A stretch of 64,000 bases of DNA from an uncultured Gammaproteobacteria bacterium (GCA_964448465.1 CAYUVY010000001.1:25196-89195), one strand, 5' to 3'; shown: positions 40,146 to 50,007, counted from the stretch's first letter. Notes: generated from the sequence alone by a model not told the origin. A program made the numbers and translations.

Positions 40146-41096
40146 ATGAAACAAACTGCTAAATTAATAAGTATTGTGATCCCTGCATTTAATGAAAGTA
40201 AAATAATTTCAACTTCTGTTTCTAGGGTGATTAAAACATTAATCAAAATTATAAAAATATCGTTAATAAATAACTATGAAATAATTTTTGTAGATGACGG
40301 TAGCAAAGATAACACATGGGGTTGCATTAAAAATTTACATAAAAAAAATTCAAGAATCAAAGGTATAAAGTTATCACGAAATTTTGGTATGCAGACTGCA
40401 CTGATGGCTGGTTTAAAAAAAGCAACGGGGGATTACACAGTAATACTTGAATGCGACCTACAAGATCCACCGGAATTAATTGAGGGAATGTTAAATAAAT
40501 TGATAAAAACAAGAAGTGATATTGTATGTGGAAAGAGAATAAGTCGATCAGAATCAGGTCAAAAGCAATTTGTATTTAAACTATTCCATTATATTTTTCA
40601 CAACATTAGTAACATAAAGGTCCCTCAAAATGTCGGCACCTTTTCAATTTTAAACAGAAGAGCGCTAACTGCCCTGTTAAGTTTTAAAGAAAAAAACCGG
40701 TACATACCTGCTCTAAGATATCTTGTCGGATATAAACAAATATATGTAAACTATGAAAGACTTGACAGGGTTGATGGACCAGCCAAAATGAGCACATCAA
40801 AATTACTTGCTCTAGCATCAGACGCTCTCTTTTCATTCACTGATTTTCCTTTAAAGTTTTGTCTATTCCTGGGTTTTACTGGCGTTTTGCTATCTTTATT
40901 AGTAGGGTTGTATGCAATAATTTCAAGACTATTTAATTTCAATGTGATTATTGGTTGGAGCTCAACACTACTTAGTATCTATTTTTTTGGCAGCCTACAA
41001 TTAATCTTTCTTGGAGTTATTGGACAATATATTTTTAAAATATACATAGAGGTTCAGGATAGGCCCGACTATTTTATATCAGACGAAACAAAATAA
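40146..41096 (+). CDS. Undecaprenyl-phosphate glycosyltransferase (GtrB/ArnC-like GT2)
   Basis: IPAFNE, DDGSKD, LSRNFG, DLQDPPE, two C-terminal TMs, GVIGQYI..EVQDRP.Y. Confidence 0.9.
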   Translation: MKQTAKLISIVIPAFNESKIISTSVSRVIKTLIKIIKISLINNYEIIFVDDGSKDNTWGCIKNLHKKNSRIKGIKLSRNFGMQTALMAGLKKATGDYTVILECDLQDPPELIEGMLNKLIKTRSDIVCGKRISRSESGQKQFVFKLFHYIFHNISNIKVPQNVGTFSILNRRALTALLSFKEKNRYIPALRYLVGYKQIYVNYERLDRVDGPAKMSTSKLLALASDALFSFTDFPLKFCLFLGFTGVLLSLLVGLYAIISRLFNFNVIIGWSSTLLSIYFFGSLQLIFLGVIGQYIFKIYIEVQDRPDYFISDETK

Positions 41097-41121
41097 TTAT
41101 TCTTAACTAATCAAATCTTTT

Positions 41122-42720
41122 CTACGGTTGTTTTTTTCTTTTAATTATTGCCATATTATTTATTATTTTTGGATTACTTAGGTCATAACCTAATTTATCC
41201 ATTCTGTTTAATAAATACTGATCTGCCTTTTTTGCATTATCTGCACCAAGAAAGGAAAGGTACCCACTCATTTCCATATGACTATCTCCAATTTTATTTA
41301 CTCTAAGTATCACATAGTCTGCTGAATCAATTCCTAACGGGTAATAATACACCTTTCTTCCTTCAAAAATAGGCACCCAAAATTCTTCTGGTGCTGACAC
41401 AATTGTCCCTTTTAACATGCTGTCGTCAATAGAGTTATTCCTCTGTACTAAGTAATCATAATACCCTCGATGCTTAAGGAAATCTTGGGCTATATTTTTA
41501 TATTGAAGCCAAGCATTTTTTCTAACATCGTTAATGTTAAATTTTAAGTTTTTCCAACCAAAAGGATTAGTACTCCATAGCACTATTGCTATACCAAAAA
41601 GCACTAAATAACTAAAATATATCCAATGCCTCTCTTTAATATATTTATTTAGTTTCACATATCCTTTGGCAGACGCCCAAACTAATACAGGAAAATAAAT
41701 CGAATGGTAGTGAGTTGACCAACCCATTTTTTCTGCTCCTCCAATACTGCCAACAATGTTTGGCAACATAACCATAATCGCGAGTAGGGATGCTTTTTTT
41801 TCCCAAACTCCAAAAATTAATAAGAAAATACCGTTAAACAACAAAAACACTGCCAAATTCTTAACTAACAAAGGGTCCTTAATCAAATTTGGAAAAAAAT
41901 TTATAAAACTATGTATTGTTAAAAAAGACGAGTAGTAAACGTTTTCCAGATAGATATTGGTTATTAAGTAGCCAACAATAAATATTAATGAGCCAGCTAA
42001 CAACAACCACACCTTCTCTTTCTTCGTCAGCCTAGTATGATATAAAAACACATAACCAATAATAAACATTCCGGTGATTAAGGCCGTCTTTTCTACTATC
42101 ATCGCACAAATAACCGCTACCAAAACAACCCATTTCATTCGAATCTTATTATTATCCACCAATAAGGCCAACAATAAACCAAACAACATAAACAATCTAT
42201 CAGGATAAATTTGCCATTGAACAGAATAATTCCAGGCAGGATGAGCCGAAATTAACAAGCAAAATAACACTGATCCTATTACCGATACACTCTTGCTACG
42301 CAAAAACCAATATATTAATCCCAACATTCCTATAAATACGACAGATGTTGCTATAGCCCAGACCCAAACAGCTGGAAATAGCCAAACAAAAGGAACAAGC
42401 AGATAAAGAATTAAATAAAAATGAATTTTAAATGCATTCGCGTTGCCATAGTCTTTAGGACTAAAATCCAAAAATTTTAAATCATCTGCTTTTATATTTA
42501 GCAAATCGGACTTGGTCTGAAAATCAACAGTCATTGGCAACATTTGGCTTTTGGGTAGAAAATATTTAGCCATATCCTCTAGTAAACTAACATAAATAGC
42601 ATCATCACCTTGTCCACTCATCCAGTTCACTTTTATTGAAATCGAGAATATTGTCATAAATGTCAATAAAAATATTGACACTACTACTACCTCTAATTGT
42701 TTAATCGAGGTAAACATCAT
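41122..42720 (-). CDS. Multi-pass membrane protein, probable GT-C (DUF2079-like)
   Basis: GDDAIY after TM1, HF..IL..LVP, YPD, HYH; about 11 TMs plus a soluble C-terminal domain. Confidence 0.55.
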   Translation of the reverse strand: MMFTSIKQLEVVVVSIFLLTFMTIFSISIKVNWMSGQGDDAIYVSLLEDMAKYFLPKSQMLPMTVDFQTKSDLLNIKADDLKFLDFSPKDYGNANAFKIHFYLILYLLVPFVWLFPAVWVWAIATSVVFIGMLGLIYWFLRSKSVSVIGSVLFCLLISAHPAWNYSVQWQIYPDRLFMLFGLLLALLVDNNKIRMKWVVLVAVICAMIVEKTALITGMFIIGYVFLYHTRLTKKEKVWLLLAGSLIFIVGYLITNIYLENVYYSSFLTIHSFINFFPNLIKDPLLVKNLAVFLLFNGIFLLIFGVWEKKASLLAIMVMLPNIVGSIGGAEKMGWSTHYHSIYFPVLVWASAKGYVKLNKYIKERHWIYFSYLVLFGIAIVLWSTNPFGWKNLKFNINDVRKNAWLQYKNIAQDFLKHRGYYDYLVQRNNSIDDSMLKGTIVSAPEEFWVPIFEGRKVYYYPLGIDSADYVILRVNKIGDSHMEMSGYLSFLGADNAKKADQYLLNRMDKLGYDLSNPKIINNMAIIKRKKQP

Positions 42721-42721
42721 A

Positions 42722-43276
42722 TCAAAAACTCCTATCCTTTATTTTTCTCGCCGGAACACCAACAACCACCGAGTATCGTTCTGTAGATTTGGTGACAATT
42801 GAGCCAGCTCCCACAACCGTACCTTTTGAAATAGTAACTCCCGGCATAACCACAACATTCGCCGCTATCCACACATTATCTTCAATAATGATTGGTTTTC
42901 TCAGTATAGGTTGGAACAAAACTGCAACTTTATTGTTCTCAATTTGATGTTCGCCCGAGGAGATAACAACATTAGGACCAATGAGAACATTGTCCCCAAT
43001 ACTAACAGCACCTATACCATTTATATATGTATTCGAATTACATGCAAAATTATTACCAATACTAATGTTTTTAGTAAATATAAAGATTACTCCTGGCTGT
43101 ACAAACGCCATACCTTTTATACTATGAGAAAATATCTTTAAATATAAATATCTTAATATATAACCTACGGATCCGGGTAAATATTTTACAAAAAAATATA
43201 TGTCCGACTCGATTTCGCTAACTAAAATATCTTTAAGAGAATAGGCATTAAGTTTCTTGAGGATAAAAGATATCAT
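42722..43276 (-). CDS. Hexapeptide-repeat (LbH) acyltransferase
   Basis: IGNN/IGDN/IEDN repeats, VVGAGSIVTK, GVPAR. Confidence 0.9.
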   Translation of the reverse strand: MISFILKKLNAYSLKDILVSEIESDIYFFVKYLPGSVGYILRYLYLKIFSHSIKGMAFVQPGVIFIFTKNISIGNNFACNSNTYINGIGAVSIGDNVLIGPNVVISSGEHQIENNKVAVLFQPILRKPIIIEDNVWIAANVVVMPGVTISKGTVVGAGSIVTKSTERYSVVVGVPARKIKDRSF

Positions 43277-43731
43277 AATCTTATTGCTAAAACATTGTTA
43301 TATTTTGAGATGACTAGATTAGTATAGTTAACTTTTACACCAGTATATGATAAGTATTTTGTTGCTAAACCATTGTTTGCGGTCAAGAACCCAACAGAAA
43401 TATTATTTTTTTTGAAAAAATTAATAAATAGAGAAACTAACTCTTTTCTATTAAACACGACCGCCATATCAAACATTTGATTGTGAAGATACACGGTCTT
43501 AGGCATCCTCTTTAACGAGAAATAATCCAATAAAACCAAAAGCATTACTCCAGCAGAATAATCCTTTTTCACAATCAAACTTAACATTGGCAAGCAGGCG
43601 ACTACAAACCCTATCTTTGACTTAATTGGTAGCTTTAAAAACCCTTCAACTACAAGCATGATTTGAGACTTACTTGTTAATTTTCTAGCCAAGGAAGCGA
43701 CATCTGGCAAGATTACTAATTTATTTTTCAT
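43273..43731 (-). CDS. Hypothetical protein
   Basis: 152 aa ORF overlapping both neighbours (ATGA with the downstream gene); no recognised motif. Confidence 0.6.
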   Translation of the reverse strand: MKNKLVILPDVASLARKLTSKSQIMLVVEGFLKLPIKSKIGFVVACLPMLSLIVKKDYSAGVMLLVLLDYFSLKRMPKTVYLHNQMFDMAVVFNRKELVSLFINFFKKNNISVGFLTANNGLATKYLSYTGVKVNYTNLVISKYNNVLAIRL

Positions 43732-45622
43732 TTCTTGAATTTTTATAGCACATACTAATAATCTTCTCGATATTGGTAGCTTCCGAAATTGGACTAAGTA
43801 ATAATTTTGGTTTTACACCAATAATCAAGTTCAAAAATGCCAGATGTTCTAAATAATACTCCTCCCCATATGCATCAGGGTTAATATTAAATATATTTTG
43901 AACACTAGACTCTAAATCTTCAAACATAGTTATAGATTTTTTCTTAGTCTTATTTTCCAATACGACTACCCTAGACTTGTTAACATTTATGGTGTAATTA
44001 TCATAAAATATTTTGCACTCAAGACTGGAGATATCATGCCCAGGTTCTGACCAAGATGCATATACCTTGCCTGAAAAGTCCGGGTAATACAAATCTATAT
44101 TCGCTTCGTCTTCTACTTCAACAGAATACTTCTTATTCAGTATCGAGTTAACTTTGGTTGGAATACCAAAAAATAAGTAGATTATCGAAAAAAAGTGTGG
44201 TCCTGGGTTCATTAGTACACCACCACCAGAAATATCCTTTTTAAACATCCAGCCAGACTTTGGCTTGCCTATAACTTCTGAGTGAAAATAAGTCATTTCA
44301 AAATTTTTAATTTTCCCATATTTACCAGAAAGAATAATCTCCTTGGCTTTCAAAAAGCAACGATTGTACAACATGGTATAACCCGTATAAGCAACCACAT
44401 TATATTTAATGGCAAGATCTCTCAATTCCTTGGTTTGTTCTACGGAAATACAAACCGGTTTTTCTATAAAGACATTAATGTATTTAGAAATAACTTTCCT
44501 TGCAATTTCATAATGATAAGCAGTCGGTGTAAAAACGTAACATGCGTCATAATTTTTTGACGAAAGAGCTAAATCAAGATCCGAATAAACTGGCACAACC
44601 AAACCTAACGTTCTAACTGTGCCAAGAGACACTTTGTTCGTATCCACAATGCCAGCTATCTCGACATTCGAAAAAGATTTTAAAATAGACAAATGCAGTA
44701 AGCCAATTTTTCCTAGCCCTACTATTAAAACTTTCAACTTCGTATTTACTCCAAAGTTACGAGGTGTAAAACCAAACTTATTAACATAAAGACTTACATC
44801 ACAGTTAGTATCCTGAGTTGAACCAAGAATATTGTCAGGGTAAAACGGAGGATTTTTCATTTTCAATATCAAAAAGAATTTTGATGCCAACAATCCAATC
44901 CAAACTGGAATATGTATAACTTTTACACTGCCTAGGCCTAAATATGTAATAAGTCTCTCGTAAAATTGATCGTATGTAATATTCTCTCTAGACCCAAGGT
45001 CAAAAATACCGCCTTCACAATTTTTATCTAGTGCTATATCCATCAGACACCTACACAAATCTTCGATATGAATCGGGCAAACTTTCGCTTGACCATCTCC
45101 AAAAACCGGAATAAACGGCAACATTTTAGCCAATTTTCTAATTTTATTAAACAGACCTAGCTCGCCTTCACCGTAAACAAGACTTGGGCGAACTATTGTA
45201 TAAGGTAAACCAGAATCTATAATAATTTGTTCTCCTTCCAGTTTTGTTTTTGCATAAACACCTTTATTGGTAATCTTTACTGCCTGTGAACTAACGTAAA
45301 CAACTCTTTCAACTTTCTTTATACGACACACCTCGACGAGGTTTCTGGTCCCCTCCACGTTTACCTTGTGACTTAGAACTGGATGATACGGATTTGCGGC
45401 TAAATGAACCACTATCATCCCTGGCTTTATACATTTCGAAATGCTATCTCGATCAAGGATATCTCCAAACACGACCTTTACATTTTTATCGACGATAAAA
45501 TGAGGTAAGCCACTCCTTATCAATGCCATTACTGAAACACCCTGGGCTGCACAATATTCCACAAAACTAGACCCAATAAAACCATTTGCACCGGTAATAA
45601 ATATGCTATTAGTTTTTGACAT
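43721..45622 (-). CDS. Fusion of an atypical NAD(P)-dependent SDR epimerase/reductase and a Gfo/Idh/MocA oxidoreductase
   Basis: N-half GANGFIG, HLAA, YAKTK, RPSLVYG; C-half GLGKIG, FIEKP, GGGVLMNPGPH. Confidence 0.82.
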   Translation of the reverse strand: MSKTNSIFITGANGFIGSSFVEYCAAQGVSVMALIRSGLPHFIVDKNVKVVFGDILDRDSISKCIKPGMIVVHLAANPYHPVLSHKVNVEGTRNLVEVCRIKKVERVVYVSSQAVKITNKGVYAKTKLEGEQIIIDSGLPYTIVRPSLVYGEGELGLFNKIRKLAKMLPFIPVFGDGQAKVCPIHIEDLCRCLMDIALDKNCEGGIFDLGSRENITYDQFYERLITYLGLGSVKVIHIPVWIGLLASKFFLILKMKNPPFYPDNILGSTQDTNCDVSLYVNKFGFTPRNFGVNTKLKVLIVGLGKIGLLHLSILKSFSNVEIAGIVDTNKVSLGTVRTLGLVVPVYSDLDLALSSKNYDACYVFTPTAYHYEIARKVISKYINVFIEKPVCISVEQTKELRDLAIKYNVVAYTGYTMLYNRCFLKAKEIILSGKYGKIKNFEMTYFHSEVIGKPKSGWMFKKDISGGGVLMNPGPHFFSIIYLFFGIPTKVNSILNKKYSVEVEDEANIDLYYPDFSGKVYASWSEPGHDISSLECKIFYDNYTINVNKSRVVVLENKTKKKSITMFEDLESSVQNIFNINPDAYGEEYYLEHLAFLNLIIGVKPKLLLSPISEATNIEKIISMCYKNSRNEK

Positions 45623-46277
45623 TGAGTTTAATCCAAAGTTTAAAAATGTGAAGCATAATCTTTATACCATCTACTGGTTGCAGACCATGCTTTTTGTTTA
45701 AATATACCGTTTCAACTTCAACCGTGTCAAAACTTATACTATTATTACCTGCTAAACAGGTCATCTCCGCTTCAACCCCATACCTATCATCACTCCACAC
45801 AAGATCATTATAAACGCTTTTTTTCATAGCCCTAAAACCACAAAGTAAATCCTTAATATGAACCCCAAACAACAAGTTAACCAAAGAGAACATAGTAGTA
45901 TTTCCTATCCGTCTCAAAATCGGCATTTCTCCTTTTAGGTGTCTAATGCCGATAACCAAATCCTTATTCTTTAATTTTGTGGTAAAAGAATTTATGTGTT
46001 TTGGATTGTGTTGGCCATCCCCATCAATAAATATAACTGCCTCAGCTCCCAAATCCCAGGCTTTTTCTGCACCTACTCGCATTGCATATCCCTTGCCTTT
46101 ATTAACCAGATAATCAATCAAAACAATATTATTTATTTTCTTTAAGACAAGACTAGTTTTATCTGTCGATCCGTCATTAACTACAATAATATTTTTTGCA
46201 TATTTTTTAATCTCCCTTATCGTGTTTACAATCTTTTTGTCCTCGTTAAAAACTGGAACAATCACAAAAATTTTCAT
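45609..46277 (-). CDS. GT2 polyprenol-phosphate sugar synthase (DPM1-like)
   Basis: VPVFNE, NDGSTD, NKGKG, IDGDGQH, DLLCGFRA. Start moved from 46292 to the ATG at 46277. Confidence 0.87.
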   Translation of the reverse strand: MKIFVIVPVFNEDKKIVNTIREIKKYAKNIIVVNDGSTDKTSLVLKKINNIVLIDYLVNKGKGYAMRVGAEKAWDLGAEAVIFIDGDGQHNPKHINSFTTKLKNKDLVIGIRHLKGEMPILRRIGNTTMFSLVNLLFGVHIKDLLCGFRAMKKSVYNDLVWSDDRYGVEAEMTCLAGNNSISFDTVEVETVYLNKKHGLQPVDGIKIMLHIFKLWIKLNVKN

Positions 46278-46282
46278 AATAA

Positions 46283-46291
46283 ATTGTAGCA
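46283..46291 (-). promoter_or_regulatory. Extended -10 TGcTACAAT, 5 nt before ATG 46277
   Basis: Minus strand reads tgcTACAATttattATG. Confidence 0.62.
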
Positions 46292-46307
46292 CGCAATACC
46301 TGAGTAT

Positions 46308-47018
46308 CTATTTAGTTTTTTCCGCCATTAAATTCCCAGCTTTCAGTAAGCTCTCAAAGGTTCCCGCGTCTTCCCACATCCCATCCATAATCTCCACCTT
46401 TAACTCACCCAGGTCCAGATAATGATTGTTTACGGCTGTTATCTCTATTTCTCCCCGTGCCGAGGGTTTTAAGTTCTTGGCTATCTCAATTACCCGATTA
46501 TCGTAGACATACAGACCAGGAACAACATAGTTGCTTCTGGGTTTTACTGGTTTTTCTTCAATAGACACCACTTTCATCTCCTTATCAAATTCCACGACCC
46601 CATAACGACTTGGATCTGGCATTTTCTTGGCAAAAATCAAGGCCCCACCTTTAAAACTATTTATTTGCTTACCAAAATCCTGATCGAAAATATTGTCTCC
46701 AAGTATTAAGGTCACACTATCCTGACCAATATGGTTTTCACCAATTATAAAGGCATCTGCCAACCCTCGCGGCTCCTCCTGAATTTCGTAGCTAAACTTT
46801 GCTCCAAAATTTTTACCCGAACCTAGTAAGTTTAAAAACTGTCCAGCATAATCTGGTGCAATAATTATTAAAATATCTTTTATTCCAGCTTTAACTAGCG
46901 TTTCAATCGGATAATAAATCATCGGCTTATCGTATACCGGCAATAATTGCTTGGAAGTTATTTTAGTCAAAGGCAACAAGCGGGTACCCTTACCCCCAGC
47001 TAGTATAATTCCTTTCAT
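46308..47018 (-). CDS. rfbA: Glucose-1-phosphate thymidylyltransferase, short form (RmlA/RfbA/SpsI-like)
   Basis: [45 protein letters not shown]. Confidence 0.92.
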   Translation of the reverse strand: MKGIILAGGKGTRLLPLTKITSKQLLPVYDKPMIYYPIETLVKAGIKDILIIIAPDYAGQFLNLLGSGKNFGAKFSYEIQEEPRGLADAFIIGENHIGQDSVTLILGDNIFDQDFGKQINSFKGGALIFAKKMPDPSRYGVVEFDKEMKVVSIEEKPVKPRSNYVVPGLYVYDNRVIEIAKNLKPSARGEIEITAVNNHYLDLGELKVEIMDGMWEDAGTFESLLKAGNLMAEKTK

Positions 47019-47023
47019 TTTAG

Positions 47024-47033
47024 TATTATAACA
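47024..47033. promoter_or_regulatory. Bidirectional overlapping -10 boxes (TATTAT on +, TGtTATAAT on -)
   Basis: TATTATAACA in a 17-bp divergent gap; each hexamer is 6 nt from its ATG (47036 +, 47018 -). Confidence 0.72.
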
Positions 47034-47035
47034 AC

Positions 47036-48058
47036 ATGCAGATTTTAGTTACTGGAGGCATGGGGTTTATTGGCACCAACTTTATTCGCTATTGGAAAAA
47101 TAAGTATCCTCAGGATTTAATTCTTAATCTAGACAGTTTAACTTATGCCGCTAATACCTCCAATCTTGAAGATCTAGAAGGGGATAGTCACTATAAGTTT
47201 ATTAAGGGTGATATACGAGACGCAGATATTGTTAAAAAAGCTATGGACGGTGTTGAGCTAGTTGTCCACTTTGCCGCTGAATCTCATGTCGACAGATCTA
47301 TTGATAATCCTACTAAATTTCTAGAAACCAATGTTCTGGGTACCTACACTCTCCTCAGCGAAGCCAAAAATAGCAAAACGTTAAAGAGATTCCACCATAT
47401 TTCTACCGACGAGGTTTATGGCTCCGTCAATCGACATGACCCCAAAGACACTTTTAGTGAAAGTCGTCCTTATGACCCCAGTAGTCCATATTCTGCCAGC
47501 AAGGCCTCTTCCGATCATTTAGTTAATTCTTTTCACAAAACTTTTGGTTTACCAATTTCCATCTCCAATTGTTCCAATAACTACGGTCCTTATCAACATC
47601 CTGAAAAATTCATTCCTAGGGCCGTCACTAGCCTGATCAAGGGAGAGAAAATAAAGATCTACGGCACAGGAGAAAATATTCGCGACTGGCTATATGTGGA
47701 AGACCATTGTCGTGCTATTGATTTAATCATCAATCAAGGCAAACCAGGTTGTAATTATTGCCTTGGCGGGAATTTTCAAGATGTAACTAATTTAGAAATT
47801 GTCAAAAAATTGTGCGAACTGATGAAACTGGATTTTGATAAAAGTGTGGAGTTTGTCGCCGACCGACCTGGACATGATGATTATCGAATTAGTCGAGAAA
47901 AAATTAAAAGTGAACTAGGCTGGGAGCCAACTTATTCTTTTGATACGGGTATTGCAGCCACAATTAATTGGTATAAAGATAACCCCACCTGGTGGCAAGA
48001 AACCAAAAAAGAAGCCGAACAATTTTATTTAAAAACTAGCCCAAAAAAAACCAAATGA
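47036..48058 (+). CDS. rfbB: dTDP-glucose 4,6-dehydratase (RmlB/RfbB)
   Basis: [47 protein letters not shown]. Confidence 0.95.
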   Translation: MQILVTGGMGFIGTNFIRYWKNKYPQDLILNLDSLTYAANTSNLEDLEGDSHYKFIKGDIRDADIVKKAMDGVELVVHFAAESHVDRSIDNPTKFLETNVLGTYTLLSEAKNSKTLKRFHHISTDEVYGSVNRHDPKDTFSESRPYDPSSPYSASKASSDHLVNSFHKTFGLPISISNCSNNYGPYQHPEKFIPRAVTSLIKGEKIKIYGTGENIRDWLYVEDHCRAIDLIINQGKPGCNYCLGGNFQDVTNLEIVKKLCELMKLDFDKSVEFVADRPGHDDYRISREKIKSELGWEPTYSFDTGIAATINWYKDNPTWWQETKKEAEQFYLKTSPKKTK

Positions 48059-49071
48059 ACAAAACTAAAACTGCTTTTATTACCGGTATAACCGGACAAG
48101 ATGGTTCTTATTTAGCCGAATTATTGCTTAGTAAAAACTACCAAGTTTATGGATTCCTACGTCGTAACAGCAAACAAAGCTATGGCAACGTGGCCCACCT
48201 TAAGCACGAAATAAAATTTGTTCAAGGCGATTTGGCCGACCCTACCTGCCTCAGTATGTACATCAGCCAAATCCAGCCAGATGAAATTTATAATCTGGGT
48301 GCTCAGTCGCATGTGGGCGAATCCTGGAATCAACCCATTGCTACCGCAGACCAAACCGGCCTTGGGGCTCTAAGAATTTTTGAGGCAGTACGCAATGTCA
48401 GCCCTAAATCCAAAGTCTACCAGGCCAGTACTAGCGAGCTTTTTGGCGAAACCAAAATAGTACCACAAGACGAAAATACGCCGATTAGTCCAGCAAATCC
48501 CTATGCTGCCGCCAAAGCATTGGCCCATTTTGATGCCAGAATTTATCGTAAATCTTTTAACTTATTTATCTCCACCGGCATACTTTTTAATCACGAATCT
48601 CCCCGCCGTAGTCCCGATTTTGTCACTCGCAAGGTATCTCTGGCCGTTGCCGCAATTAAACTTGGCCTTCGAGGGAATAGTGTTCCCATTGCCGAAGGGG
48701 GAATGCCAGTCATCGATGACAAATTTAAGTTACAACTAGGCAATCTAGATGCCCAGCGTGATTGGGGTTTTGCCGGAGATTTTGTCGAGGCTATGTGGCA
48801 AATCATGCAACAAGATAAACCCGACGATTATGTTGTGGCCACAGGAGTTGTCCATACTATTAGAGAGTTATGCGAAGAGGCCTTTTCTAACGCGGGCTTA
48901 AAATGGCAAGACCACGTGGTCATAAACCCCAAGTGGGTTAGACCCATTGAAACAGGACCACTGGTAGGGGATGCTAGCAAAATTCGCAAAGCTATTGGCT
49001 GGAAACCCAAAACTACTTTTAAGCAACTAATTAAAATGATGGTCGAGGCAGATTTGGCCCTACTTCGCTAA
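48055..49071 (+). CDS. gmd: GDP-mannose 4,6-dehydratase
   Basis: TGITGQDGSYL, AQSHV, YQASTSE, YAAAK, LFNHESPRR, FVTRK, LGNLDAQRDWG. Confidence 0.95.
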   Translation: MNKTKTAFITGITGQDGSYLAELLLSKNYQVYGFLRRNSKQSYGNVAHLKHEIKFVQGDLADPTCLSMYISQIQPDEIYNLGAQSHVGESWNQPIATADQTGLGALRIFEAVRNVSPKSKVYQASTSELFGETKIVPQDENTPISPANPYAAAKALAHFDARIYRKSFNLFISTGILFNHESPRRSPDFVTRKVSLAVAAIKLGLRGNSVPIAEGGMPVIDDKFKLQLGNLDAQRDWGFAGDFVEAMWQIMQQDKPDDYVVATGVVHTIRELCEEAFSNAGLKWQDHVVINPKWVRPIETGPLVGDASKIRKAIGWKPKTTFKQLIKMMVEADLALLR

Positions 49072-49077
49072 TCCAAT

Positions 49078-50007
49078 CTATCTAACAAGCAGCAACGGCA
49101 GGCCTACTAATTGGCTTATTAAACCAATTACCCCACTAACTCCAGATACCAACACGGCTTTGTGAGGATCCACTCCAACTTGAGAAAAAAAGTATCCATA
49201 CAATAATTCCCTAGCTCCCCAGCCAGAAAGTGAAATTGGCAGTACCAAGATAAAAGAAATTATTGGGAAAATTGAGTAAATACTGGCCAAACTCATATTT
49301 GCCTGCAAAATAACTGCCAAAAAATAATTTGGTAAGATCCAAACTAGTTGAGCAAAAATAGAGATAACATATGCCCCTGCAACCCTGGATAAACCCTCTT
49401 GATTTAATACTTCTTCTATAGATACTATTTTTTGTAACCACTTAATTTTTAGGGCATATTTTTTTAAATCCAATAAATACGCCAAGCCAATTGCCACCCA
49501 CATCCCCACAAACAACCCCAGACAGATAAAAACAATATTGGCAGGCAAGCTTAGTCCTACAACTTTTGCCAAAACAATCCCAATAAAGGCCACGGTTACC
49601 AATGAAACTAGTCCTACTAATCTATCGGCCACCATGGACATGGCCAGTTGTGATTTTTTCAGTTCCGGAAAACTTTTATGTAGTATTAACCACTTGGTCA
49701 CATCCCCACTTAAACTGCCAGGTAAAAACATTCCATAAAAACCCGCCATCGCATTGGCCTTCCAAATTAGCCACAGTCTTTTTGGATCTATCTTTCCCCA
49801 TAACAACCAAGACCAGCGCACTCCCGCCAAAACTCCTACCACTTGAGAATAAATAACAAACATTGGTATTGTCCACCAGGGAATTAAACTAATTTGACCA
49901 ATAATTTCACTAAAACTTATTTTCGTGGAAAGTAAATACACACAACCCAACGTAAACACTAGTCGGAAAGGCAAGGAAGTTATAATTCTCTTAAGCCATG
50001 TCATCAT
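49078..50007 (-). CDS. UPF0104 / lysylphosphatidylglycerol-synthase TM-domain protein (putative lipid-sugar flippase)
   Basis: RW, LPGSLSGD, DRLVG, LPISLSGWGARE; about 8 TMs. Confidence 0.82.
   Translation of the reverse strand: MMTWLKRIITSLPFRLVFTLGCVYLLSTKISFSEIIGQISLIPWWTIPMFVIYSQVVGVLAGVRWSWLLWGKIDPKRLWLIWKANAMAGFYGMFLPGSLSGDVTKWLILHKSFPELKKSQLAMSMVADRLVGLVSLVTVAFIGIVLAKVVGLSLPANIVFICLGLFVGMWVAIGLAYLLDLKKYALKIKWLQKIVSIEEVLNQEGLSRVAGAYVISIFAQLVWILPNYFLAVILQANMSLASIYSIFPIISFILVLPISLSGWGARELLYGYFFSQVGVDPHKAVLVSGVSGVIGLISQLVGLPLLLVR

Noticed and set aside
47004-47009. Perfect TATAAT on the + strand inside the start of rmlA as the rmlB promoter
   Set aside because: It encodes Ile-Ile-Leu of the conserved GIILAGG motif on the other strand; the intergenic TATTAT fits the recurring 6-nt spacing better. 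Not fully excluded.
49078-50007. True lysyl-phosphatidylglycerol synthase (MprF)
   Set aside because: Only the TM/flippase-like domain is present; there is no C-terminal aminoacyl-transferase domain.
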